Source: a virus
DNA: 38,640 bases
Reading direction: 5' to 3' (one strand)
Virus record (IMG/VR): IMGVR_UViG_3300029245_000387
Shown here: piece after piece, positions 28,943 through 37,480 of the stretch
Numbering within the stretch: the first letter of the stretch is position 1
Layout: each line of letters opens with the position of its first letter
The notes under the pieces: generated by a model
Databases searched by the model: none
What the model was told of the DNA's origin: nothing
What the model saw: only the letters and a program-made list of their open reading frames with translations
Program-made: the position numbers and the translations under genes

Positions 28943-29314
28943 CTATTCTCCTTCCTCTAATTGCTTTTCTACTTCATTTAATCTATCAATAAATTCTTGT
29001 AAGATTTTATAATCTGATAAATCTATTTTTATAGTTTCTAGTTCTTCAAATTCAATGTCTGAAGCAGCTCCATAAAACAAGTGTGGCTCGTTTTTCATTA
29101 CTATTATTTGTCTATTTTTTATATTATTATGTAAAAATTCTTTGCATACTTGATATAACGATTGCAATGCAATATCTTTTTCATACAACTTTTTATTTAA
29201 TATTGCTATTTGCTTTTGTAATGGTTCTCTTGCTTTTTCATATTCAGTTTTACTAAGATTACTATTTAATTGTTTTATATCAGCTTCTAATTTACTATCT
29301 TTATATAAAAACAT
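28943..29314 (-). CDS. Coiled-coil hypothetical protein
   Basis: 123-aa ORF. Confidence 0.4.
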   Translation of the reverse strand: MFLYKDSKLEADIKQLNSNLSKTEYEKAREPLQKQIAILNKKLYEKDIALQSLYQVCKEFLHNNIKNRQIIVMKNEPHLFYGAASDIEFEELETIKIDLSDYKILQEFIDRLNEVEKQLEEGE

Positions 29315-29316
29315 AT

Positions 29317-29664
29317 CTATTCTCCTCCTACTTTATAGCAATTAGCCATATAAATTTCTTTTGTTAGTATTGTTTTAATTTGATAATCTACAAATGTTTT
29401 ACAATTTTTATAATATAAATAACAATAATTTGGTCCTTTATCTATTTTCTGTATTAATTTTCCATTTACAAAATCGCCAACTTCTACAACTTCTGATAGT
29501 ATTTTACTATGTTTTACTATGTCACTTTTATAAGAACTTGCCATTATTATGTCGCAACAATAGTATTTTTCTGGCATATACTCATCTGGTTCAATAATCT
29601 TTTTAACTTTGTCTATATAACCATCTTTATTTCTTATATATTCTCCTACTTCTATCTCTTCCAT
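29317..29664 (-). CDS. Hypothetical protein
   Basis: 115-aa ORF. Confidence 0.4.
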   Translation of the reverse strand: MEEIEVGEYIRNKDGYIDKVKKIIEPDEYMPEKYYCCDIIMASSYKSDIVKHSKILSEVVEVGDFVNGKLIQKIDKGPNYCYLYYKNCKTFVDYQIKTILTKEIYMANCYKVGGE

Positions 29665-29696
29665 TTCTACTCCTTTCTTTTTTTATTTAAATTGTC

Positions 29697-30519
29697 TTAC
29701 ATAAGGGCCTCAAATGTTACTTGTCCATCTTCCATAATTCCATTTAAAATATCCTCACTTATCATCTTTTCTTTTGCTTGATTATAGAAATCTTTTTTTA
29801 TTTCAAATCCATAAGCATTTCTACCTAATTCTGCACAAGCCCTTAAAGTTGAAGCACTTCCGAGCTACTGGATCTATTACTACATCCCCTTCATCTGTAA
29901 ATATTTCAATTAGTCTCTTTAATATACCTATTGGTTTTTGCGTTGGATGTATTTTAGGGTATTGCTTTGAACTACCTCTTTTCCATTCAAACCAATTGAA
30001 TATCATTTTTCCTTTTTGTTCATCTGTTTTACCATTATTAAATTTAGGTAATTTGTCTCTATAAAGCACTACTGCATATTCAGTTGCTCCTACTATTCTC
30101 ATATTTGCTTTTAATACTGATGCAGAATAATTTTTTACAAATACTAATGGGTAACTTTTCATTAATCCGTGTTTTTTTGCTTCGTCTATTACCATTTGTA
30201 TTTGCTCAAAAGCACAAAATACTATCATTGCTGGTGCTTGTCCTTTTTCTTTTGGTTCTTTTTTTAAATACCTAGTACAGAAATCAAAGAAATTATTTAT
30301 TTTAAAATCATTGTCTGTATCAAAAAAACTTTTTCCAGCAAGTTTACTTTCTCCCTTTTTGTTGTCTCCGTCTATGTACCAACTTGGATTACTTGCATAT
30401 GCATTATTTCCTAAATTGTATGGTATATCTGCAATAATTAATTGCGCGTGTGGTATTCCATATCTTTTAGCATTTTCAAAGTGGTCATTATATAATTCTA
30501 TCTTACATTTTTTATTCAT
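29697..30519 (-). CDS. DNA methyltransferase (N4/N6 type), requiring a +1 shift at CGG 29862-29860
   Basis: Zero frame has LIIADIPYNLG (catalytic DxPY-like), GDVVIDPVA then CGG; skipping C gives GSASTLRACAELGRNAYGFEIKKDFYNQAKEKMISEDILNGIMEDGQVTFEALM*, completing the DPxxGS SAM-binding motif. Confidence 0.85.
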
Positions 30520-30533
30520 CTTTTATATTCCTC

Positions 30534-30863
30534 TCATTTAATTATTCTTAGTTCCAAATTTGGATAAACTTTTTCAAATATTTTATGCTTTAATTTGAAT
30601 ACATCTGTCTGTATTCCTTTTACATCTTCTACTATTGTTTTTCCGTTTTCTATGTATTGGAAGTCTGCTACATATTCGATTTTTCTAAATACTCTACCAT
30701 TCTTTTTAAAACTATCTTGTAATAAAAATCTTGGTTGTAGTTCCAAATTGCTTATTTCTCCTGCTCTTAATAGTAACTTTAACTCTTTATATCTTTGACT
30801 TTCTCTTATACTGTCAAATTCTTCTCCGTCTACCACTACTTTTTTATTTTTATATTTGTTCAC
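30534..30863 (-). CDS. DUF1064-like putative endonuclease
   Basis: YKNKKVVVDGEEFDSIRESQRYKELKLLLRAGEISNLELQPRFLL...YVADFQYIENGKTIVEDVKG. Confidence 0.75.
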   Translation of the reverse strand: MNKYKNKKVVVDGEEFDSIRESQRYKELKLLLRAGEISNLELQPRFLLQDSFKKNGRVFRKIEYVADFQYIENGKTIVEDVKGIQTDVFKLKHKIFEKVYPNLELRIIK

Positions 30864-31017
30864 TTTTCTTTAGCTCCTCTCTTAACTTTTCTTGCCAATT
30901 TTCTATTCCTGCTACAAAACTTTTACATCTCATTGCTGGTTTATAATCTTCGTTTTCTTGTTTGCTACAACCTAGACAGTAATAACATAGTGTATTCTTT
31001 TTTATTTGTTTCATAGA

Positions 31018-31302
31018 CTAGTCCTCTGGCATTTCAAAAACTGCTGTTTCCTGTAATACATTAGTATATCCATCACATTCAGCTGTTCTATAATTTCTAT
31101 AAGATTTTATTATTTCTTGTAATACTTCTTTTGCTCTTTCTTCTGTATCGTAAATACCTATAGTACAAATTCTTTTTTCTGTTATCACTTTAACTTCATA
31201 ATCTTTTTCTCCGTCACCATTTGAAAGATGTGCTTCAATTTGCATACCTAATGTGTTGTTAAAATTAGTTATTACTTTTTTATCTTGACTTACTATTATC
31301 AT
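31018..31302 (-). CDS. Hypothetical protein
   Basis: MIIVSQDKKVITNFNNTLGMQIEAHLSNGDGEKDYEVKVITEKRICTIGIYDTEERAKEVLQEI. Confidence 0.45.
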   Translation of the reverse strand: MIIVSQDKKVITNFNNTLGMQIEAHLSNGDGEKDYEVKVITEKRICTIGIYDTEERAKEVLQEIIKSYRNYRTAECDGYTNVLQETAVFEMPED

Positions 31303-31465
31303 AACTACCTCCTAAATTTTCTAATAAATTCTCTATAAATTTTAAATATTCTAATGTTTCTATTGATATTTGAGTTTCACTTTGATTACTTGGTATGAAA
31401 ATTTTCAAACTATCTATTCTGTCTTTTGTTATTTCTAAGGCTTTTTCTATATTCATTCTACCCTC

Positions 31466-31786
31466 CTAATCAATTCTTGGTATATGTTGATAATTTAAAG
31501 CTTCAAAACCTGCTTGTGTTCTCTCATAAACTGCTACTGTTTTTCCTGTATAATCACATTTCTTTTTGCCTATTGCTTTTACATAGCCCATCTTTTCTAA
31601 TTCCGTTAATCTCGGTGCTGTGTAATTTCTCTCTGTACTTGGTGTAAAACCTAAATCAAATAATTCTACTGCTAATTCCTTTGCCGTTTTAGGCTTGTCT
31701 AATCTATTTAAAATTTGTATATATCTTATTTTTGTTTTATCTTGTATGTCATTAAAACTCATTTGTCTTGTTTCTGCTGTAATCAT
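31466..31786 (-). CDS. Winged-helix-like regulatory protein
   Basis: ILNRLDKPKTAKELAVELFDLGFTPSTERNYTAPRLTELEKMGYVKAIGKKKCDYTGKTVAVYERT. Confidence 0.5.
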   Translation of the reverse strand: MITAETRQMSFNDIQDKTKIRYIQILNRLDKPKTAKELAVELFDLGFTPSTERNYTAPRLTELEKMGYVKAIGKKKCDYTGKTVAVYERTQAGFEALNYQHIPRID

Positions 31787-31802
31787 TTGTTTATCACTTC
31801 CT

Positions 31803-32388
31803 CTACTTAAATCTTTTATCTATACTCATTAAATCTATAAATAATTTATCTTGTTCTTCACCTGTTAATAAAGAATACTCTTTACTATTTTTACAATCTG
31901 ATATTATTGAAAATTTTTTTCTTGCATTTTCTGCTTTGATTTGCTCGCTATATTTATTAAATAAATATAAATAAATATTATTATCATTATTGTTTGTGTC
32001 CCTAGTATGTCCCAAGTCTGCCCCGAACTATGTCCACAAGTATGTCCTTTTTTTCTAACATAGGTTGATATTTGCTGTAATTTACAATACTTACAAGAGT
32101 TTTTCTTGTGTCCCTAACTTGTACTATCATAGTGTCCTGCTCTAGTTGGTTTAAATAATCACTTACTTTATGTCTTGACCATCTCCACCTTTCTGCTAAT
32201 TGTTTTATTGATGTTAAAGTTTGTCCTCTTTCTATTTCAATAAAACCATTTTCAAAAGGTATTTTTTTGCTCTTATGATTAACTGATAATAATAAATCAA
32301 TCCAAGCACTTCGTTTATCGAAAGGCTCTTTATCTTTCCAAATCCAACTATTTTTAATTTGTCTATAAATTCTTATCCAGCCTTCCAT
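31803..32388 (-). CDS. DnaD/replication-initiation-like protein, requiring a +1 shift at CGG 32025-32023
   Basis: Zero frame MEGWIRIYRQIKNSWIWKDKEPFDKRSAWIDLLLSVNHK...VNYSKYQPMLEKKDILVDIV then CGG; +1 gives GADLGHTRDTNNNDNNIYLYLFNKYSEQIKAENARKKF..., which joins exactly to ORF 31803-32015. Total 194 aa. Confidence 0.8.
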
Positions 32389-32441
32389 ATCTTCTCCTTT
32401 CGTATAATAAAGGGCTAGTTTACTGTCTAGCCCCTGTTGTC

Positions 32442-32723
32442 TTATAAATAACTTTTTCCTATTAATTTTATAAATTCTTCTCTTGTATGATTTTTTTCAT
32501 ATTCTTTTTGACATTCCTGTTTTAATTTCAAATCCAACTCATGTCCATATTTTCCATGTACTCCGTATGTTCCTCTATGTTCTAAATATGTTAGCCATAC
32601 TTTGAATCCGTTTTGCTCTGATATTTTTCTTTTTCCTGAGCCAAAATATATATGATGTTCTTCTAGTCCATAAGTTTGTTCACTAACATAGCTTTCTTTT
32701 TTGTTTTGTAAAATTGATTTCAT
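32442..32723 (-). CDS. HNH-like/recombination protein lacking the usual cysteines
   Basis: EEHHIYFGSGKRKISEQNGFKVWLTYLEHRGTYGVHGKYGHELDLKLKQECQKEYEKNHTREEFIKLIGKSYL resembles phage HNH proteins. Confidence 0.5.
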   Translation of the reverse strand: MKSILQNKKESYVSEQTYGLEEHHIYFGSGKRKISEQNGFKVWLTYLEHRGTYGVHGKYGHELDLKLKQECQKEYEKNHTREEFIKLIGKSYL

Positions 32724-33262
32724 TTCTTATCCCATTCTTTCAACAAACTATTTATTTCTGCATCTGATTTGGTTTCTATTCCATAAGCCTTACACTCTTG
32801 AACTACACCATCTATTAATCTGGACATTTGTTTTGAATTAAAAGAACTTGAACCGTAATATGCATTTATTATTTTAAATTCTGTATTTCCTATATATGTT
32901 GTATCAGCTATCTCACAGAACCAAGCAATTCCTTGTGCTACCCACATTTTTTCAAATGTTTTGATATTCTCTGTCTCTATTCTAAATCTTCTAAATATTC
33001 CTAATTCTTTTACCCTTCTTTTGTATTCCTCTATAGTATCTATTTCTGATAAATCACATAATTCTTGCAAAAGTTTCCAAAAATAATTGTTTGCATTAGT
33101 TGTTCTCTTTTTTATGTATCTTTTTGCTTCTATTTTTAGTTTTAAGCCTTTTAATTGTTCTATGTCTGATAACTTGTCCTTTCCATCAATTAGAAAGCTT
33201 ATTTTTGGTTTTCCAGTCTTATAATCTATGTTTATTTCTTCTAATGTTCCTGTAGTTTGCAT
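32720..33262 (-). CDS. Phage recombination-module protein (NinB/YqaN-like, tentative)
   Basis: Position and sequence YIKKRTTNANNYFWKLLQELCDLSEIDTIEEYKRRVKELGIFRRF. Confidence 0.4.
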   Translation of the reverse strand: MQTTGTLEEINIDYKTGKPKISFLIDGKDKLSDIEQLKGLKLKIEAKRYIKKRTTNANNYFWKLLQELCDLSEIDTIEEYKRRVKELGIFRRFRIETENIKTFEKMWVAQGIAWFCEIADTTYIGNTEFKIINAYYGSSSFNSKQMSRLIDGVVQECKAYGIETKSDAEINSLLKEWDKK

Positions 33263-33270
33263 TTAACCAC

Positions 33271-33957
33271 CTACTTTTTTTCAGCTAATGCATCACATAT
33301 CATTTTATAATCTTTAATCTTTATATCTTCTATCTTTGCATAATTAAATCCAGCTAAAACTATACTTACTATTGCATCTGATATCTTGTAATTTTTAATT
33401 GCTTTATTTAATGCATTCACTTTTGTTTCATCTATTTTATTTTCTTTTTCATTTTCTTCTTGTGCTTCCTTACTGATATCTGCACCTTCACTGTCACTAT
33501 ATATGCTTTCATATGCTAGTCTTGAATTTTTTAGTACAACTCTGTCAAAACATCTCTTTAAAGCCATTGCATATGGGTATGAATTTTTGCAATTTGTTTT
33601 ACTAACTTCTCCTACTTCATATAACCCTTGTTCTTTATTTATATATGTATATACTAACGTATCATTGTATCCATCTTTGTCTATAATTACACTTTCTGGA
33701 TTAAATCTTTTTGTATCTTCTAATTTATCATTTATTTTCAAACACCCTGTATGGCTTATTATCAATCCTGTATATTGCATTTTACCTGTTTTTGTTTCAT
33801 TCATTAATATCCAAAAATCTGCTTCTGTTAATCCGTATTCTTTTTTATCTATAATTTCTATTGCCTTTTTTCTTGCGGATTTATATTTATCACTTTGCAA
33901 TACTGGAATATTTTTACCTTGTTTTGTCGAATATTCTTCTTTTTGTTCATTAAACAT
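33271..33957 (-). CDS. Putative single-strand annealing / Rad52-like recombination protein
   Basis: FNPESVIIDKDGYNDTLVYTYINKEQGLYEVGEVSKTNCKNSYPYAMALKRCFDRVVLKNSRLAYESIYSDSE. Confidence 0.45.
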   Translation of the reverse strand: MFNEQKEEYSTKQGKNIPVLQSDKYKSARKKAIEIIDKKEYGLTEADFWILMNETKTGKMQYTGLIISHTGCLKINDKLEDTKRFNPESVIIDKDGYNDTLVYTYINKEQGLYEVGEVSKTNCKNSYPYAMALKRCFDRVVLKNSRLAYESIYSDSEGADISKEAQEENEKENKIDETKVNALNKAIKNYKISDAIVSIVLAGFNYAKIEDIKIKDYKMICDALAEKK

Positions 33958-34207
33958 TTTCTAGCTCACACTCCTCATTAATTAATTCAAATATGTTTGG
34001 TTCTTCTACTTCTTTTATTTCTTCTTCAATCCAATTTCCACTGAAAAACCAATCAATTGTACTTTCTATATTTTCTATTTGTTCTTGTGTCATTTCTCCA
34101 TTTTTGCCTTTTGGTGTTACAGTTATTCCCAATCTATTAAGTACATATCTTTCTGCTTCTTCTTTATAAACTACTTCATCAGTAGTTATATTTCTATAAC
34201 ATTTCAT
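33950..34207 (-). CDS. Hypothetical early protein
   Basis: 85-aa ORF. Confidence 0.4.
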   Translation of the reverse strand: MKCYRNITTDEVVYKEEAERYVLNRLGITVTPKGKNGEMTQEQIENIESTIDWFFSGNWIEEEIKEVEEPNIFELINEECELENV

Positions 34208-34285
34208 TTTAATTCTCCTTTGACATATCTAATATTTAGTGATATACTAAAATAGATATGAATTTATATAAGTTCTTATTTTGAA

Positions 34286-34540
34286 CTAATTTTGTGATTG
34301 GTAGTCTGAAATTAGTTCTTTTATTTTGCTAAAAATCGCTTTTTCATTGTTGTATTTATTTGAATTTACTAGTCTTTCAATTCTGCTTATTAAGTCCCTT
34401 TGTTCTTCGATTTCAAATCTTAAATTTTTATTCTCTTCATGTAATACCTTTACTTGTTCTTCCATATCTTTTATTAAGATATCTCTGTTATGTATCATTG
34501 ATTTTTGATTTAATATCTTTCTATCTTTTTTAAATAACAT
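34286..34540 (-). CDS. Coiled-coil hypothetical protein
   Basis: 84-aa ORF. Confidence 0.4.
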   Translation of the reverse strand: MLFKKDRKILNQKSMIHNRDILIKDMEEQVKVLHEENKNLRFEIEEQRDLISRIERLVNSNKYNNEKAIFSKIKELISDYQSQN

Positions 34541-34638
34541 TTCTTTTACACTCCTTTTTCTTTAACTTCATTTTTGCTAATGTAACTATGTGCCAGTAAT
34601 AACACTTATCTAACTTGTCCATCTTTGGTACTCCTTTC

Positions 34639-34667
34639 TTGTAAAATTTTGTAAATTATTGTATAAT
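34639..34667 (+). promoter_or_regulatory. Sigma70-type promoter for the plus-strand membrane protein
   Basis: TTGTAA - 17 nt - TATAAT, 25 nt before the ATG at 34692. Confidence 0.55.
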
Positions 34668-34691
34668 ACCCTCGAAAGAGAGGTTATTATT

Positions 34692-35279
34692 ATGTTTGTT
34701 TGGTTCATTTCTTTAAATGCTACTGATAAAATCGCATTATTTGCTCTTGTAGTTGCTTTATATGGCGCTATTTTATCTACTATTCTTTATAATAAAGAAA
34801 AATTTAATTTAAAATTTATAAATCTTGGTATTAATTTTGTAACTCTTTCTCCTAATGATGTAATATCAAATGACTTTGAAGAAGAATTTGTAACATATAG
34901 TAAAAATCTATATACCATAGCATTATTGGTTAGAATAAATAATTGCTCTAAAAATCCTATAACAATAACAGATTTCATATTAAATAAAAAACATATATAT
35001 AATAGTTTTTCTTCAAAAGACTACTCTTTTATTCCTACGGATTTTGAATTTTATGATAATCATTTAATAAAAAATAGTGGTAAATATATAAAAGATAAAT
35101 TGATTACACCTTTAGTCAAATTAGAGCCACTATCATCTTGTGAGGGGTTCATAATTTTTGATAATTTAAATAACATTCCTAAAAAATTTAATCTCATAAT
35201 TAATGCAGTTCCAAAATCCAAAAAATTTAAATTTAATTTTAAAATAGATAAAGACTTTAGAAATCAAATAATAAAATAA
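34692..35279 (+). CDS. N-terminal TM-anchored protein of unknown function (moron / lysogenic conversion candidate)
   Basis: One TM helix (KIALFALVVALYGAILSTILY), then a soluble domain; opposite strand to flanking phage genes with its own promoter. Confidence 0.6.
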   Translation: MFVWFISLNATDKIALFALVVALYGAILSTILYNKEKFNLKFINLGINFVTLSPNDVISNDFEEEFVTYSKNLYTIALLVRINNCSKNPITITDFILNKKHIYNSFSSKDYSFIPTDFEFYDNHLIKNSGKYIKDKLITPLVKLEPLSSCEGFIIFDNLNNIPKKFNLIINAVPKSKKFKFNFKIDKDFRNQIIK

Positions 35280-35589
35280 TCAACATTAATATTGCATTTA
35301 ACCAATTAAGTATTGCTATCATAAGTAATACTTTTTCTTTTTTATTTTGTTCTTTTGCTTCTTTAATTTCATGATTACTTATTCCATATTTTTTTAATTC
35401 TTTTTCACGTTTTTTTGTCATCTTTTCCTCCTAGTATGTCATTCCCTGTAAGAACATCCAGTAACAAAATGTTACTCCTGCTAACCACATTGATGTATAT
35501 GCTACTGCTTGTCCTAATCTCATATAGACTTTGCTTTTGTCTATTCTAAAATTTTTCCAACTTCTTTTCATTTGTTTTCACTTCCTTTC

Positions 35590-35868
35590 TTAAATTATTT
35601 GTCTAGCCAGTTCCTTAAGTGCATTTTGCTTTTCATCATTTTCAAGTCCTAAATCATATAAAAATACAGCTCTTTTATCTGCAATTTGTTTTACACCAGT
35701 TCCTTTTATTCTTGGAAAATCATCTCTGTTAAATATTTCCCTTGCTTTATTTTCTCCAATTCCTCTCCATTCTGCATAATCTAATGGTGTTATTGTTTCT
35801 GGTAATTCTTCATATGTTTTTATTGATTTCTTTTCTTTCATTTCTTCACTTCCTCTCTTCTCTTGCAT
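35590..35868 (-). CDS. Small DNA-binding/excisionase-like protein (tentative)
   Basis: ETITPLDYAEWRGIGENKAREIFNRDDFPRIKGTGVKQIADKRAVFLYDL. Confidence 0.45.
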   Translation of the reverse strand: MQEKRGSEEMKEKKSIKTYEELPETITPLDYAEWRGIGENKAREIFNRDDFPRIKGTGVKQIADKRAVFLYDLGLENDEKQNALKELARQII

Positions 35869-35906
35869 TTTACAATTAATTTTTTTATTTCATAAAAACG
35901 TAGTTT

Positions 35907-36227
35907 TTATTTGTCAATATAAAATTTAAATTTTTTAGGAAATATGTTTAATACCTTATACATTATTTGTCTTAATTCTTCTGTTTTTTCTGCTGGTATT
36001 GCTTGTACTCTTCTGTAGCCTAATGTTAATCTGGCTATCGTTGATATTGAATCAAAAATTTTATTTAATTCTCTGGGTTCTATATAACCTTTAGAATAAA
36101 ACATTTTCTTAAATTCTTTTTTTAATACTGTCCACGTATCATCTTTTATGATTTGTTTTGTTGTCATTTCATTTAAAATTTCTCGTTTTATTTCTTCTTT
36201 TAGTTTTTTTAATTCTTCTTCTGACAT
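35907..36227 (-). CDS. Hypothetical early protein
   Basis: 106-aa helical ORF. Confidence 0.4.
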   Translation of the reverse strand: MSEEELKKLKEEIKREILNEMTTKQIIKDDTWTVLKKEFKKMFYSKGYIEPRELNKIFDSISTIARLTLGYRRVQAIPAEKTEELRQIMYKVLNIFPKKFKFYIDK

Positions 36228-36249
36228 TTCAGCCTCCTTTTGTTCAGTT

Positions 36250-36477
36250 TTACTGTACTTTAAAGTTAAAAAATTTTGAACTTGATGTTTTTAAAATTTT
36301 AGATATACTATTTATATGTGAAATTTTAGGTTCCGCAATACCATTTTCAATATTATAATAAGTTGCAGGACTTTTAAATCCCATAAATCTAGACATATCT
36401 CTAATAGAAAAACCTTTTTCTTCTCTAGTTTTTTTTAGCTCTTCTGTATTAACAAACTTACTATATTTATTTTCCAA
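36250..36477 (-). CDS. Cro-like HTH (XRE) regulator, probable TTG start
   Basis: AGGAGG 7 nt before TTG at 36477; LKKTREEKGFSIRDMSRFMGFKSPATYYNIENGIAEPKISHINSISKIL. Confidence 0.75.
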   Translation of the reverse strand: MENKYSKFVNTEELKKTREEKGFSIRDMSRFMGFKSPATYYNIENGIAEPKISHINSISKILKTSSSKFFNFKVQ

Positions 36478-36505
36478 TGCTTTTCCTCCTTCCTGTTCAT
36501 TTTTG

Positions 36506-36658
36506 TTGAACTTATTATATACAGTATTTTTGAACTTGTCAATAGTTTTTTTAAAAAAAGTTTTTAATTGCTGTACAAATCTTACGACTGTAAGAAAAAA
36601 ATTTTTAAAATGTTTACTTATTTTGAACATTGTGTTATAATGTTTATATAATTTGAAC
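36506..36658. promoter_or_regulatory. Divergent lysogeny-switch promoters and operator repeats
   Basis: Minus promoter TTGACA-17-TATAAT (36542-36514); plus -10 TATAAT 36636-36641 with TTTACT 17 nt upstream; four TTGAAC direct repeats at 36506, 36530, 36623, 36653. Confidence 0.65.
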
Positions 36659-36671
36659 GAGGTGTTTAGAT

Positions 36672-37073
36672 ATGAAAAATGAAATTGATATGAAAATAAA
36701 AATAGGAGCAAGAATAAAATTTTTAAGAACAGAATTAGGACTTACTCAAGAGCAACTTGCAAATAAATTACCTAATGTAAAAGGTAAAAGTAGTATAGCT
36801 AATTATGAAAATGGTTCTAATCTCCCAGGAGATGAAGTAAAACTTAAATTATGTGAAATTTTTAAATGTAGTTTAGATTATTTAATGTGCAAATCAGATA
36901 TAAGAAATCCAGAACAGCAAGAAGATCCGCTAGGTCTAGCCAAAATAGGATTTAGCATGAAAGATTACAACCCCCCTACAGAAACTCAAAAGCAACAAAT
37001 AAAAGGCTTATTAGAAGTAATTATGAAATATAATAAAAAAGATGTTGGAGATAAAAAGAATGAATCTAAATAA
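36672..37073 (+). CDS. XRE-family CI-like repressor
   Basis: KIGARIKFLRTELGLTQEQLANKLPNVKGKSSIANYENGSNLPGDEVKLKLCEIFKCSLDYLMC. Confidence 0.85.
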   Translation: MKNEIDMKIKIGARIKFLRTELGLTQEQLANKLPNVKGKSSIANYENGSNLPGDEVKLKLCEIFKCSLDYLMCKSDIRNPEQQEDPLGLAKIGFSMKDYNPPTETQKQQIKGLLEVIMKYNKKDVGDKKNESK

Positions 37074-37480
37074 TTTATATGATTTAGCAGAAAAAGAACA
37101 TATAAAAATATATGATTACTATATAGATGATGCTTATGGTTGTTTTATAAATATAGATAAGATAAATGCAATTGCATTAAATTATACAAGTATAGATAAC
37201 TCATATATTGAAAAAGAAACTTTATCAGAAGAATTAGGACACTATTATCAAGATGCAACATATTCTATTAACTGTACTGACACAACTTTGATAAACAAGC
37301 AGGAATATAGAGCTAAGAAATGGAGCTATTATATATTAATTCCTTTTGAGAATCTAAAATTAGCCATTAAAAATCGGAATTAATACAGTTTATAGTTTAG
37401 CAGATTATTTTGAGGTTACAATTGAATATATGAAAAAAGCTCTTAAATTTTATGAAGGCAAATATGGATATATATACTAA
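37060..37480 (+). CDS. ImmA/IrrE-family metallopeptidase, requiring a +1 shift at CGG 37375-37377
   Basis: Zero frame ...SEELGHYYQDATYS...QEYRAKKWSYYILIPFENLKLAIKN then CGG AAT TAA; skipping C gives GINTVYSLADYFEVTIEYMKKALKFYEGKYGYIY*, the expected family C-terminus. Confidence 0.85.

Noticed and set aside
19343-31647. Plus-strand Leu/Phe/Tyr-rich ORFs (e.g. 20838-21131, 26776-27033, 30311-30541)
   Set aside because: Typical antisense translations of AT-rich minus-strand genes.
1561-36336. Other CGG trinucleotides on coding strands (e.g. GCC GGA at ~1573, AAC GGT at ~8125, GTC GGT at ~13015, ATT CCG GAT at ~12295, GTC GGA at ~28146)
   Set aside because: They are out of codon register, the surrounding protein continues normally, and no frame change is needed.
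12847-37480. Explaining the seven broken genes as pseudogenes or random indel errors
   Set aside because: All seven breaks are the same kind (+1), at the same codon (CGG), in the same codon phase before Gly, and everything around them is intact. Random decay or homopolymer errors would not give this pattern. Raw-read confirmation is still needed.
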